Below are positions 39,574 to 49,529 of a DNA stretch of 64,000 bases, one piece after another (the stretch's first letter is position 1; each line of letters starts with the position of its first letter). The stretch is from Candidatus Bathyarchaeota archaeon. Its GTDB lineage: Archaea; Thermoproteota; Bathyarchaeia; Bathyarchaeales; Bathycorpusculaceae. The position numbers were made by a program, and so were the translations under genes. The notes beneath the pieces are model-generated. The model did no database searches. It saw nothing but the letters and a program-made list of their open reading frames with translations, and was not told where the DNA came from. The DNA lies in the NCBI GenBank assembly GCA_963827165.1, contig CAWGZR010000004.1:1-64000 (forward strand), in the 5' to 3' direction.

Positions 39574-40050
39574 AGCAACACCACAAAAACGAAAAAAATT
39601 TTACGTTTTCAACATAGTCCCAAGTTAGCATTAACTTCTCAAATAAAAATGTTATTTTGTGTTCACGATCACAGCTCAAAGTCCACATCGCCCAATCACA
39701 ACCAAAATATCCTTCTTATCTAAAAACATCATTAAAGCTCTCAACATTCTCTCTCCAGCGCCTTTTTCATCTTTAAACATATTAAACAACAAAAGCCATA
39801 TAGGCGATGCTACAAAAACCGCAATATATCTAAAAAACACAGTTAAACTTCTATATTCAAGCAGCACGGTCAGATCAAATATCTTAGCCGTTTAGCGAGA
39901 AGTTTAGCCCACGCATAAGCCGAAGCGGGGGAAACCAGGTCTGCATCTAACCTGTGAACTGCCCCACCATGATAGAGTGATTCATACGTGCAAGAATCGG
40001 GTCGGTCACAATCCTTACAAGTTTTATAATTTATAACGTTCTTAAGGATC

Positions 40051-40581
40051 CTAAAATTCCTCGTTTAGAGAGGTTATTCTGCTTTCAATTAATGGGTTGA
40101 TGGCTTCTCGACGTTTTAGTATATCTTCATCTAAAGTGACAAAGCAATCTATTTTTTGGCCGTAAAGCCGCCCTGAGATGGCAGCGGATGCTAAATGAAT
40201 TGCGTCCAGAGTTTTAACTCCAGTTTTTGAACCTATTTCCAAAGCCAAAGCAAATATAGCAGGAATCTCCACACGATCTTCATCAGTGCTCTTCAAGGAG
40301 ATTTCGCCGCCAATAGGAATAAACCTTAACTTTCTAATTTTCAAAAATCTTCGAAGGAATGCCCCAGCAACTGCCTCTCTTCCCAATGCTTCTGCCGTGT
40401 TGTTAAACTTTTCATAAGCTCTGCTTGTGGTGCAAACAACCTCGACCAAACTTAACACAGAAGTCACTGCTGACAACTTTCCCGTTTCTATTTTGCTCAG
40501 AAGCCTTTTCGCTTGTTCATGGTGAATTTCTTCCGGGGCATACCTGGCAAGTAGAACATTAGTGTCTAGGTAAACTATCAT
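40051..40581 (-). CDS. vapC: VapC PIN-domain toxin (long form)
   Basis: VYLDTNVL, SVLSLVE, KTLDAIHLASA, FVTLD. Confidence 0.88.
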   Translation of the reverse strand: MIVYLDTNVLLARYAPEEIHHEQAKRLLSKIETGKLSAVTSVLSLVEVVCTTSRAYEKFNNTAEALGREAVAGAFLRRFLKIRKLRFIPIGGEISLKSTDEDRVEIPAIFALALEIGSKTGVKTLDAIHLASAAISGRLYGQKIDCFVTLDEDILKRREAINPLIESRITSLNEEF

Positions 40582-40853
40582 TATTGGCGCCCTTGTGCAA
40601 CGAGCTCTGCTACTTTTGCACCGTTGAAGACTTTCGCACCTAGCTGCTCCAATTCATCGTCTGATAATTCTGGAGCATTCTCAATTAAGTCTTGAACCTT
40701 GTCGCCGAGGAAAAGTTCAGGATGCTCTTTTAGGTATTCTTCGGCGATTTTTCTGAGAGCTTGACTTCTGCTTTTGAAATAGCCCCTTGAAACTGCTTTG
40801 TCAACCTTTTTGATTACCACTTCTGGAAACCGAGATGTTATAACCTCTTCCAT
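40581..40853 (-). CDS. vapB: RHH antitoxin (start at ATG 40853)
   Basis: VITSRFPE..VD.AV.RG.FKSRS.ALR; C-terminal ELVAQGR; TAATG coupling to toxin. Confidence 0.82.
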   Translation of the reverse strand: MEEVITSRFPEVVIKKVDKAVSRGYFKSRSQALRKIAEEYLKEHPELFLGDKVQDLIENAPELSDDELEQLGAKVFNGAKVAELVAQGRQ

Positions 40854-40983
40854 GTGATTAACCCTAAAATGTATACATTTCGAATACATATATATCTTAT
40901 CCAGAAACTCGTAATCTTTAATCCACATCGTGTACGCGTCCAAATATTCGCGCCATCGACCTATTTTCTGTAATAGTTTGATA

Positions 40984-41657
40984 CTAATTCGGCGATTTTT
41001 CTCTCGTTTTTGGGGGTCTTAATCCTTGAAAAGTCGACGCCACCAAGAAGGCAACCAAGATTAAGTGCCCTATCGCTAAGATAATTAGCAAATTGCTCGA
41101 CGAAACATAGTCAAATAGCGAAGTCACGCCGCCTAGGTGAAAATCGAAGTACAAAGCTGATACTATTAGAGCCAGCAATGGTAGAAGCATCAGGATATTT
41201 CTTTTGTCAACTGATAGAAGTCGCCGTAAATCTCCTGAGTACATAATGATTCCTGCGGCTATCGCCAAACCTGCTATTTCAAGGGTTACATCGACAATTG
41301 AGCCCATGTTAAAGCCTAAGCCGACGAGTTTGCTGCTAAGGGGCCAGAAGACCATAACCTTTCCGATTATTAAGTCTCCGAAGGCGAAGTGCGATACAAC
41401 TGCTACAAAGTAGGGCAGGGATTTTAGGCGGAAAACAATGAAGAGTGGCACGAATATGATGAGCCAGAAGAAAAATGAGTGGGTGAAAGTGCGGTGCATG
41501 ACTCCTATGCCTCCGAGGAGAATATCTGAATCGGGCAAAATCCCAAGAAGCAGTATTAGAGGTACAATGAGCTTTCCACTGCGTTTTATGCCAGGTATGA
41601 AAGCCCACGCGATCATAGCAAAAACTAGGCCCACGCCATGTGTCCGAGAAAATACAG
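40984..41657 (-). pseudogene. YdjM-like metal-dependent membrane hydrolase, copy 2 (1-bp deletion near start, or sequencing error)
   Basis: CTG-YFLGHMAWA, frameshift, then VFAMIAW..LPDSD, HRTFTHS, HFAFGD; highly similar to 35179-35740 including upstream DNA. Confidence 0.7.
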
Positions 41658-42033
41658 TTAAGGCTCCTCTCCAATTTAGCCTTTGATCAAGTGATATTTA
41701 CAAAAGCAAATAATCCTACGGTTTAAACAAGTTTGGAACCCCTGAGGAAATAAAAAAAGAACTTGACAAGCTCAGCATGAAAATGGATAAAGCAGCGTAC
41801 GATACGAGGTTTTTACAAAAAGAGTGATGGTTTAATCTTGGCCTGCAAGCGAGCCAAGCAAATACTGAATTGCTATGGTCTGTAAAAGGTTTTTTTGGTG
41901 TTGTCCTTACATTTGCTTTCTATTCCATAAAATCCTATTTCAGGAGAGAACAGTTAGATTTTAGATATTAAAAGGCGGGAGTATAAGTTAGGATTGTGGA
42001 TTCTTAAAGGTTAAATGAATATTCATTTGATAA

Positions 42034-43836
42034 GTGCACATGCAAAAGAGAAAAAATATAAACTTGCTATTTAGGTTCTTGAGTAAAAGTGCTACTCCGC
42101 TCAAGATTATACCTTCAATTTTATTGTTTTTATTGCTTTTTGCAGCGTTGTTAACGCCGCTGAATGCTGCGCTTAGTCCAGCTAGGGATTTGACTGGAAC
42201 ATGGCAAAGCGCTTTATCTGAAAAGTACTATGAAATGGATCCTTCTGACCCAAACACGCGGATGAATGATGTAAGCGTAACATATACTATGATTATAACT
42301 CAAAGCGGTAACTCGATAAATATAGTATTGAACGTTGAAGAGTCAAGTTGGGTCACTGATAGTGCATACTGGAATGAGTACGGCATGTCTGGTGTTCCTC
42401 CAGTTGGATTTAATCAAATTGGGCTTTCTGGAACGGTTTCAAGCGCAAGTTTTGCCGCTGACGAGCAAGGCGCAAGCACAGGAAACGCGGAACATTTAGC
42501 TGGAACATTTACCACCGACATCATAACAGCAACCCTTACGGGTCCATACGAAACAACCGATACCAATGGCTTAATCGTGTTGCGGTCAGGCTCATCAGCC
42601 ACTATGCCGCCCACAGCAACTTCAGCCCCGACTCCCACACCCACACCAGCGCCTGCCCTGCCAACATCAGACAATTTAGGCAGCGTTTCACTAGTTCAAG
42701 GTTCAGCGTGGTTTGCAGACACTGGCGCAGCAGTCACCACTCAAAGCACAGTGGGCACAGGTGCAGAAATCAAAACGGGCAGCGATAGCAATACAATCGT
42801 AGGTTTCAATTATCCCGATCAAGTCGGAACAGTGTACTTAGGTGCAAACTCCGATGCAGGATGGGTGTATATTGAGCCGCAAACTGACCCAATAACTGGA
42901 AACACAAGTTATGCTGTAGTCCCACCACCTTCAGGTTCTTTTCAATATAGCGAGGGGATAGACCCTTGTGAGTTTGGTCAAGCCGGATTGCAGCTTTCAA
43001 TAGAAGTAGGCATAGGACTTGGGGTTATGCTGGTTACCGGAGCGCCATTATCCTTAGGAGGCGCATTGGTTGTGGAGGGAACAATATTGCTGGGAACAGG
43101 CATCGCATATATACATGAGCAGTTTTCTCCGCAAGAAGGAACCTATGACGTGAGACCTGTTCAGGTGCCACAAGGATTAGTTATGGGTAATGGAACCGAT
43201 GATTATGTCGTGACCGTTTCCAATGAATCGACAACAATCCAAGTCATAGACGGCTCAGTTATATTCGTCGATCAATACACCAACAATACGATAACCGTGC
43301 AAGCGAATCAGATGCTGATGCTTCCCTCTGGAGTACCAACGGGCTTCAGCAACCTTGACCTCCAATCTCACTTATCCGCCTATGATGCATCTTCAATGAA
43401 CCAATGGTGGATACCAACCGCTACTGCTGCACCATTGATTGCCACCGCGTCGCCGACAAATCCAGTGACAAATCCGGCAACTAGCAACAACTCGAATCTT
43501 CTGTTTCAACCTAATTTTTTGGCGCCTCTCATTATGGTAATAGCCTTCGTGCTAGCCGGGATATTCCTCACCGTACGAAGAAAACAAACCCGAAAGCCTC
43601 GCATATCAAGCAAAAAGACAGCTGATCAAAGTGGCCCGCAACAAATCACGAATGAACCCCAGAAACCAACAATGCAAACCACCGAAACAATACCTCCGCC
43701 GCCTAACGAACTAAATACTACTCAATCGAAGGCTGTCTTCTGTCCCAACTGCGGAAATCAACTTCGAAACGCCTCAAAGTTCTGCCCATCTTGCGGCTCA
43801 GACCTAAGCCAATGGTTCACAAATGCCAAAAAATAG
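42034..43836 (+). CDS. Membrane-anchored protein with FecR-like extracellular domain and cytoplasmic zinc ribbon
   Basis: Signal/TM, IKTG..S..VYLGANS, VPQG..GT..VV.V..T.IQVIDGSV..V.ANQ, TM, FCPNCG..FCPSCG. Confidence 0.7.
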   Translation: MHMQKRKNINLLFRFLSKSATPLKIIPSILLFLLLFAALLTPLNAALSPARDLTGTWQSALSEKYYEMDPSDPNTRMNDVSVTYTMIITQSGNSINIVLNVEESSWVTDSAYWNEYGMSGVPPVGFNQIGLSGTVSSASFAADEQGASTGNAEHLAGTFTTDIITATLTGPYETTDTNGLIVLRSGSSATMPPTATSAPTPTPTPAPALPTSDNLGSVSLVQGSAWFADTGAAVTTQSTVGTGAEIKTGSDSNTIVGFNYPDQVGTVYLGANSDAGWVYIEPQTDPITGNTSYAVVPPPSGSFQYSEGIDPCEFGQAGLQLSIEVGIGLGVMLVTGAPLSLGGALVVEGTILLGTGIAYIHEQFSPQEGTYDVRPVQVPQGLVMGNGTDDYVVTVSNESTTIQVIDGSVIFVDQYTNNTITVQANQMLMLPSGVPTGFSNLDLQSHLSAYDASSMNQWWIPTATAAPLIATASPTNPVTNPATSNNSNLLFQPNFLAPLIMVIAFVLAGIFLTVRRKQTRKPRISSKKTADQSGPQQITNEPQKPTMQTTETIPPPPNELNTTQSKAVFCPNCGNQLRNASKFCPSCGSDLSQWFTNAKK

Positions 43837-43950
43837 CCATTACCTCGCTACGTTCCCTTTTTCTTTATTATGTGGATAACCAGATAAAAAATGCAATAAA
43901 AAAATTCGTTGATCTTTCCGGTCCATTTTTGCTCTTTAACCATTGGCTTG

Positions 43951-44367
43951 TTAGGGACATCTAATTTGATCTTTGTATATTGTGCGCTCAAGCTTTTTGG
44001 ATAGTTTTGTATCGAGTGTTAGGAACTGCAGATCTAATTTATTTGCAAGTGCTATGAAAGCAGCATCGTACACAGTGATGTTCAACTCTAACGCTTTGTT
44101 CAATGCATCAACTATGACCTCAGAGAAACTATGAACCGCGTAAAGATTCATCATTTTTTCAGCTTGTTCGAAGGCCTCAGTAGCATCCTTTGTGTCGAAT
44201 TCGCCGGATACTTTATGCGTTATAGCATTGGCTACTTCATAGAAGCTTAAGTCCAATATGTGGAAATACTCATACTCTTGTATAATTTTTGATGCCCATT
44301 CAGAGTACTTCTCAAGCGTAACTAATGAGGCGATTACAGATGAGTCAACGACGACTTCAATGGCCAT
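43951..44367 (-). CDS. vapC: VapC PIN-domain toxin
   Basis: VVVDSSVI, YEVANA, TVYDAAF, LTLD.KL. Confidence 0.9.
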   Translation of the reverse strand: MAIEVVVDSSVIASLVTLEKYSEWASKIIQEYEYFHILDLSFYEVANAITHKVSGEFDTKDATEAFEQAEKMMNLYAVHSFSEVIVDALNKALELNITVYDAAFIALANKLDLQFLTLDTKLSKKLERTIYKDQIRCP

Positions 44368-44590
44368 GGTCTCGATCTTCTCTGGTTATATCTGATGAGG
44401 ACTTTGTGATTCCGGTTTTTTTGCCCAACTTGTTCCTAAACAACTCAGTTTCCTTTATGACCTGCTTTAATTTCTCCGCCTTAACCCTTCTTTCAAGATA
44501 TTCTCTGACATCTTCTGCATAATTTACATTCAATTCTCGAAGTTCATCTTTGAGTTTCTTGGGAACTCTGATGGCTATTACATCGCTCAT
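44357..44590 (-). CDS. vapB: VapB antitoxin (RHH)
   Basis: MSDVIAIRVPKKLK..VNYAE.VR..REDRD. Confidence 0.88.
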   Translation of the reverse strand: MSDVIAIRVPKKLKDELRELNVNYAEDVREYLERRVKAEKLKQVIKETELFRNKLGKKTGITKSSSDITREDRDHGH

Positions 44591-44779
44591 AATTAACATT
44601 TTAGTAAACAAATTATTAAACACATTGTTAACAAAAAAGTAAACTTGACGAACTCTTCAAAAACAATTCCGCGAGCATGTTTGCAATTTGCGTGGTTGAA
44701 TTAAGCTTAGAAATAGGGATTTAATTTGTTTGGATATAAAGCTTATATTTTCCACAATGGGAATTTTTATGGTGGGAAA

Positions 44780-45034
44780 ATGAGCATAGAAGATGTAACT
44801 ATTGACCGCAAAGGGCGGATTCAAATACCAAAAGCGGTTCGAGACAAAGTCGGTTTACAAGTTGGAGGAAAAGCTCGCCTGAAAATAGAGAGAGAAAACA
44901 TAGTTATCATGCCGCCAATTTCACCTGAACAATTCATTCAGGAAATGGAAGGCTGCATTAAGGAAGGCACACCCACCATGGATTCACTGAAGCTAAAGAA
45001 AATGTGGGAACTTACAGAAAAACAAAGTGAATGA
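44780..45034 (+). CDS. AbrB/MazE family antitoxin
   Basis: VTIDRKGRIQIPK.VR.K.GL..G. Confidence 0.88.
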   Translation: MSIEDVTIDRKGRIQIPKAVRDKVGLQVGGKARLKIERENIVIMPPISPEQFIQEMEGCIKEGTPTMDSLKLKKMWELTEKQSE

Positions 45035-45200
45035 ATGCTATTCGTTGATTCCGACATATGGTGCTAACTTTGATCAGCACCTTTCTGAACACATGCCTGT
45101 CCGGGCGCCATGCGGGAAATCATTAAATCCGAAGAAATAGTCTGCAACTCTGTTATTGTGATGGAAGTGGCGCATTACCTTATTAGGCATTTCACAGCTC
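45035..45200 (+). pseudogene. VapC pseudogene, truncated at repeat copy B
   Basis: MLFVDSDIWC*, frameshifts, NSVIVMEVAHYLIRHF, then the repeat begins. Confidence 0.7.
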
Positions 45201-45390
45201 GGTAAAAATAGGTTTTCTCGACAAGTTCCCAAACCTTATGGTGAATTGCACGGTTATTACACATGATACATATGTACAAAAAAGGTTGCAATCTTGCTTT
45301 CAAGAATTTCCTCTTAAAACGATTAAATCGGGTCTTCATTTCGTGAGTTAATTTCAGGAAATTTTTGCCTTAGGTATTGCGTCTTGCCAT
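45198..45390 (+). repeat. Composite dispersed repeat, copy B (core plus tail)
   Basis: ggttttctcgacaagttcccaaacc..tacacatgatacatatgtacaaaaaaggttgcaatcttgctttcaagaa..tttgccttaggtattg. Confidence 0.88.
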
Positions 45391-45503
45391 TTTTTTTCTT
45401 CGTTTATTTGACTGTTTCTTTTGCTTAGTTGCCTCTCATCTTTCGCCAAATGGTGCTACTAATTGGTGGGAAAGTATAAATTTAAGTTGGATAATCTTAC
45501 TTA

Positions 45504-45767
45504 TTGGTGTCCAAGATGGCTCGCAAAAATGTTGGCCAAAAAGGTCAGTTAGTTATTCCTAAGCAATTAAGGGATGCGATAGGGCTTAAGCCCGGTGTCG
45601 AAGTAATTTTAGAAATCAGGGGTGACGAAATAGTCATAAGCAAGCCAAAAATCGAGGGCAGTTACACAGAATATTACACCACAACACACACCCCAAAACT
45701 GAAAAAAGTTGTCAACCTCAAAGAAATAATTACTGAAGAGGTATCCCAAAGACATGCAATACCTTGA
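45504..45767 (+). CDS. AbrB/MazE family antitoxin
   Basis: VGQKGQLVIPK.LR..GLKPG. Confidence 0.9.
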   Translation: MVSKMARKNVGQKGQLVIPKQLRDAIGLKPGVEVILEIRGDEIVISKPKIEGSYTEYYTTTHTPKLKKVVNLKEIITEEVSQRHAIP

Positions 45768-46164
45768 TTCTAACGTATTTCTGTACTCCGCATTATACTC
45801 GCCTACTTCAGAACCAAAAGCAAAGAGAGCAAAGGAAATGCTCCAAAAAATAGAAAATGGCGAGATAACTGCAGCGACGTCTACCTTGACATGGGATGAA
45901 GTTGTTTGGGTAGCAACCAAACTGTTAGGCAGAGCTGACGGAATAGCCCAAGGACAAAAACTACTTGGTTTCCCAAATATAGAATTTATAAATGTAGATG
46001 AAGGAATAATCGCTCAAGCTCAAGCACTTATGGCGAAATACAAACTTAGCCCACGCGATTCAATCCACGTTGCATCAGCACTTAGCAAAAAAACCAAAAC
46101 AATAGTAAGCGACGATGAAGACTTTGATCAGATTAAAGAAATCAAGAGAATACCACTAAAATAG
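45754..46164 (+). CDS. vapC: VapC PIN-domain toxin
   Basis: YLDSNVF, TWDEV, PRDSIH.ASA, IVSDDEDFD. Confidence 0.92.
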   Translation: MQYLDSNVFLYSALYSPTSEPKAKRAKEMLQKIENGEITAATSTLTWDEVVWVATKLLGRADGIAQGQKLLGFPNIEFINVDEGIIAQAQALMAKYKLSPRDSIHVASALSKKTKTIVSDDEDFDQIKEIKRIPLK

Positions 46165-46179
46165 GGCCACCGTGACTTA

Positions 46180-46432
46180 ATCCTTGTTTTAACTATAGGC
46201 AGCTATCAGTTTCCAACAAAATGGAGTTGGCAAGCAACTAAGCCTAATTAGGCACTGAGAGGGAAAGGCAATTATTCTCATAGATAGAGCTTTACTTTAA
46301 GCTTTTACAAAATCACTCGGGAAAATCCTGGTTTTTCTCGGCAAGTTCCCAACCTTTATTGGTGAATTGCATGGTGATTACATATGATACATATGTACAA
46401 AAAAGGGTTGCAATCTTGCTTTCAAGAACCAG
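46180..46432 (+). repeat. Composite dispersed repeat, copy C (decayed hairpin, dif-like site, core)
   Basis: dif-like CAAGCAACTAA GCCTAA TTAGGCACTGA 46231-46258; palindrome TACATATGATACATATGTA 46379-46397; colinear with reverse complement of 28600-28347. Confidence 0.9.
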
Positions 46433-46571
46433 AAAACTCGTTTTCATAATAAGCAGCGTAACTTCTGCACCATTTGGGCACACAATTGGATCGGAATTTT
46501 ACCCTGCCTTTTTCTCTACGTCATATGGCAAGTTTAAATGAGTGAATGTCCCACTATGTACTGGTGGGATA

Positions 46572-46814
46572 ATGGATATTACGCTAAAAATAGATGCAAA
46601 AGGCAGACTTTGCATTCCAGCAGACATAAGGGAAGAAATCGGAGACACGGCCACGCTTAAAAAAACATCCGAAGGCTACCTTATAATCCCCGGCAAACAA
46701 GAAAATTTTCTGAAAGAATTCCAGAAAATCATCGAATCAAAACACAAGAGAACAGGAAAACCGGAAAACTGGTCTCCAGAAAAAATGAAGTCAATCTGGA
46801 GCCAAACTGAATGA
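46572..46814 (+). CDS. AbrB/MazE family antitoxin
   Basis: KIDAKGRLCIPADIR; TCCCAC/GTGGGA inverted repeat upstream at 46549-46569. Confidence 0.85.
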   Translation: MDITLKIDAKGRLCIPADIREEIGDTATLKKTSEGYLIIPGKQENFLKEFQKIIESKHKRTGKPENWSPEKMKSIWSQTE

Positions 46815-47245
46815 TTTTTGGCCTAGATACCAACATAATTTGCTATGCCTTGGATGAAGAATACCCTGAACATAAAAAAGCGAGCAATTTGCTCTTAAAT
46901 TTATCCGCTGAAAACAAAATTGCCCTAAACCCAACCACAATCCATGAAACATATCATACGCTTGTTTTTGGGCAAAAATGGATCCAACAAGACGCTGCTG
47001 AAACACTAAGAATGCTGCTAAAGCATCCGTACATTAAATTTCTAAATCAGACATTGCGAATCACAACAATTGCTCTGACCCTGTCTGTCAAACATGGGCT
47101 CGGCGGAAGAGATGCACTCATAATTGCCAACTTCTTAGTAAATGAGGTACCCATCATGTATACTCACGATAGGGAAATCTTGAATATTCAAAAAATCTCG
47201 TGGAAAAACTTCAATTTAACATTCAATGATCCCCTAATAAAGTGA
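46811..47245 (+). CDS. vapC: VapC PIN-domain toxin
   Basis: GLDTNII, IHET, GRDALI, YTHD. Confidence 0.88.
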   Translation: MIFGLDTNIICYALDEEYPEHKKASNLLLNLSAENKIALNPTTIHETYHTLVFGQKWIQQDAAETLRMLLKHPYIKFLNQTLRITTIALTLSVKHGLGGRDALIIANFLVNEVPIMYTHDREILNIQKISWKNFNLTFNDPLIK

Positions 47246-47361
47246 ATCGATACACCAAGCTAGAGACTGTTCTAGCTTCTCGTCCATTTTCTGTTTTTCT
47301 TTTTTGCATAATGCGGGAAAGCTTTTATTTTTCATTACTCATCTTTCATTCGTGATGTAAC

Positions 47362-47598
47362 ATGAAGGTCGTACAAACAACCCTTACAGAAGCGGAACAC
47401 AAACTCCTCGAAGAATACGCAAAAAGAAACTCAAAGAGCATCAAGGAAGTTCTACGTGAAGCTATCAAGAATACAGTCGAAGGCAACGTCAACCCGAATG
47501 ACCCTATTTTTACAAGCCCACCCAGTTCCAGACGAACCGGAAAAATAGATCATGGCTCAGAAGAACATGACAAGTTTCTGTATGGTGAAAATACTTGA
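47362..47598 (+). CDS. CopG/RHH antitoxin
   Basis: VVQTTL...EH.LL..YA..SI.EVLREAI; C-terminal SEEHD..LYG. Confidence 0.85.
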   Translation: MKVVQTTLTEAEHKLLEEYAKRNSKSIKEVLREAIKNTVEGNVNPNDPIFTSPPSSRRTGKIDHGSEEHDKFLYGENT

Positions 47599-47999
47599 TA
47601 TTTGTAGATACAAGTGCATGGTACGCCCTCGAAGTAGAAGATGATGTGAATCATGAAACGGCATACAAGTTCCTTTCCACGTTAGCCTCGGGAAAACACG
47701 GTATTTCCGTAACAACCGATTATATACTTGACGAAACGCTCACTTTGTTAAGGTCAAGAAGAACCCTTTCTGCAGCCTCCGCCTTTATGGATAAGATAAA
47801 GAAAAGCAAGAGTGTTCGCGTATTCTGGGTAGAAGAAGACTTATTTGAAAAAGCACTCGACATGTTCAAACGATCTGATCTCAAATCGTGGAGTTTCACA
47901 AACTGCACAAGTTTTGCCTTGATGAAAGATCTTTTAATCCCTAACGCATTCACATTTGACAGCCACTTTAGGCAAGCTGGCATTCAAATGCTCCCTTGA
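47595..47999 (+). CDS. vapC: VapC PIN-domain toxin (one conserved Asp appears as Asn, SFTNC)
   Basis: IFVDTSAW, TDYILDET, SFTNCTSF, FTFDSHF. Confidence 0.88.
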   Translation: MIFVDTSAWYALEVEDDVNHETAYKFLSTLASGKHGISVTTDYILDETLTLLRSRRTLSAASAFMDKIKKSKSVRVFWVEEDLFEKALDMFKRSDLKSWSFTNCTSFALMKDLLIPNAFTFDSHFRQAGIQMLP

Positions 48000-48001
48000 C
48001 G

Positions 48002-48180
48002 CCAACCTTTCCCGTAGAAAAAAATTGCAATCTTGCTTTCGAAAAAATAAATCCTCTTATTGTGAGTAATCCGGTCTACCCACGCACTTTTCGTAAGAAC
48101 TCATTTGCCTCCTGCATTGGTTTTTTGCCTCGCCGATCCCACCATTGATGTCATCAGGTCTCGGATGCTTGTCGTATTGA
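48002..48180 (+). repeat. Composite dispersed repeat, copy D (central palindrome deleted, tail retained)
   Basis: ccaaccttt..gtagaaaaaaattgcaatcttgctttcg..tctacccacgcacttttcgtaagaactcatttgcctc matches reverse complement of 28430-28200. Confidence 0.85.
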
Positions 48181-48226
48181 CTGTAAACTAATCCAAAACC
48201 GAAGAGCAAACCAAAGCACAAGTCGA

Positions 48227-48655
48227 TCAGTTATTTGATTGTTTTTCATTGGCTTGCCCGTAGCTGAAGAATGTGAAAAATGATATGATTGGGTACAGCC
48301 ACATCATGATTATCCAGTAGGCTTCTGGGAATCTTAAGCCGAGGTTTAGCACGTCTGAAACATCATCTACGCTGAGGAGGAAAAGAGCAACCAGATAGAT
48401 CGTCAAGGGCAGCAACCCCTTTGTATCACTCTCGGGGTTTTCTTTGTTTTTTGCTTGGCCGTAAGCGAAGAAAATCAGGATCGAGGCTAACGGGTAGATG
48501 ACGTCCATTATGGGCCAGAGGCGTAGTCCAAATATTGTGTCCAAGTTGCCGATGTTTGGTCCTGTGTGGTTGTCACCAAAAGTCAGGAGTATCACGAGTG
48601 CCCCGAACAGGAAAATTAATGCTTCAGTTTTGAATTTTAGCTGCATCTTGAACAC
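48227..48655 (-). CDS. Four-TM hypothetical membrane protein with internal duplication
   Basis: YPLASILIFFAYGQAK vs YPIISFFTFFSYGQAN. Confidence 0.65.
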   Translation of the reverse strand: MFKMQLKFKTEALIFLFGALVILLTFGDNHTGPNIGNLDTIFGLRLWPIMDVIYPLASILIFFAYGQAKNKENPESDTKGLLPLTIYLVALFLLSVDDVSDVLNLGLRFPEAYWIIMMWLYPIISFFTFFSYGQANEKQSNN

Positions 48656-48831
48656 CTCCGAATTGCAGATTTACAGCGTTGCTCTAAGCAATCTACTTTT
48701 CGATAGAAAATGGATTTTATCCAACGCAAAAGGACGACGTGCGCCATATCCTATGAAGCGAAAAACAAACTTTGAATCTTACCCCAAATGTAATCCAAGT
48801 GAACATAACGACGAATTTCTGGCACGTCGTG

Positions 48832-49005
48832 TCATCTATTGTCTCTTGCAAAATCTTCTTTTCGAGCTTCTTTGAGCAATTGCCGAGCAGTTCTACCATT
48901 GGCGACCTTCTTAAAAGATCCAAACAACTCAGCGGGAGTTGGAACTGCTTTGACGACAAGACCGCATTCATTTTCTTCGAAGATTACTTTGTCTTTAATG
49001 TTAAG
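48832..49005 (-). pseudogene. AbrB-type antitoxin C-terminal remnant
   Basis: IKDKVIFEENECGLVVKAVPTPAELFGSFKK..RTARQLLKEARKED*; no start or toxin. Confidence 0.55.
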
Positions 49006-49254
49006 GAATGTGGAGAAAAGCAGTAAAAGGACACTTTTCGGCTTTATCTGCTATTCAAATTCTGATTTCAACTTTTTTTTTACAGATGTTAGATCTTGTT
49101 TGCCTCTTGGTTGCCGATGTGCAGCATGGTGAAGTTTTAGGAATTTGCACGGCAAGTGTTTCAAGGGAAAGGATATGTCGGGTTCGTTATATTCTGTTTT
49201 TGGAAATAAGGCTTTTTAAAATATCTTACGATTCAATATTCTAAGGTTATAGCA

Positions 49255-49497
49255 TTGAGTGGATATATCTCGAAAAGTAAAGTAATCAATAAAACCGCTG
49301 GGTTGCCTATAATCAAATGTTCCTGCGGCTACAAGATACTTCTTCTGCCAAGCGTTAAGGCGATGAGCCAAGCAATAGAAGCTCATGTTGAAACACACAC
49401 ATTAAAGATAAAGAACGCGTCAGAAGCTCAGAGGGAATCAGATCGGCTTCGCACCAATCTTATTGAGCAAGTGTTCAATCTTGCCGAGAGACTGTAG
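49255..49497 (+). CDS. Small CxC..HxxxH putative zinc-binding protein
   Basis: LPIIKCSCG.KILLLP..M..AIEAHVETH. Confidence 0.6.
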   Translation: MSGYISKSKVINKTAGLPIIKCSCGYKILLLPSVKAMSQAIEAHVETHTLKIKNASEAQRESDRLRTNLIEQVFNLAERL

Positions 49498-49529
49498 AAA
49501 ACTGTCCCTCACTGGGTAGTTACGTAAAC

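Noticed and set aside
39900-40020. GC-richer stretch faintly like SRP RNA
   Set aside because: Lacks the conserved helix 8 motif and the extended pairing
28200-48180. Repeats as a CRISPR array
   Set aside because: Copies are long, kilobases apart and separated by genes; no regular repeat-spacer period and no cas operon
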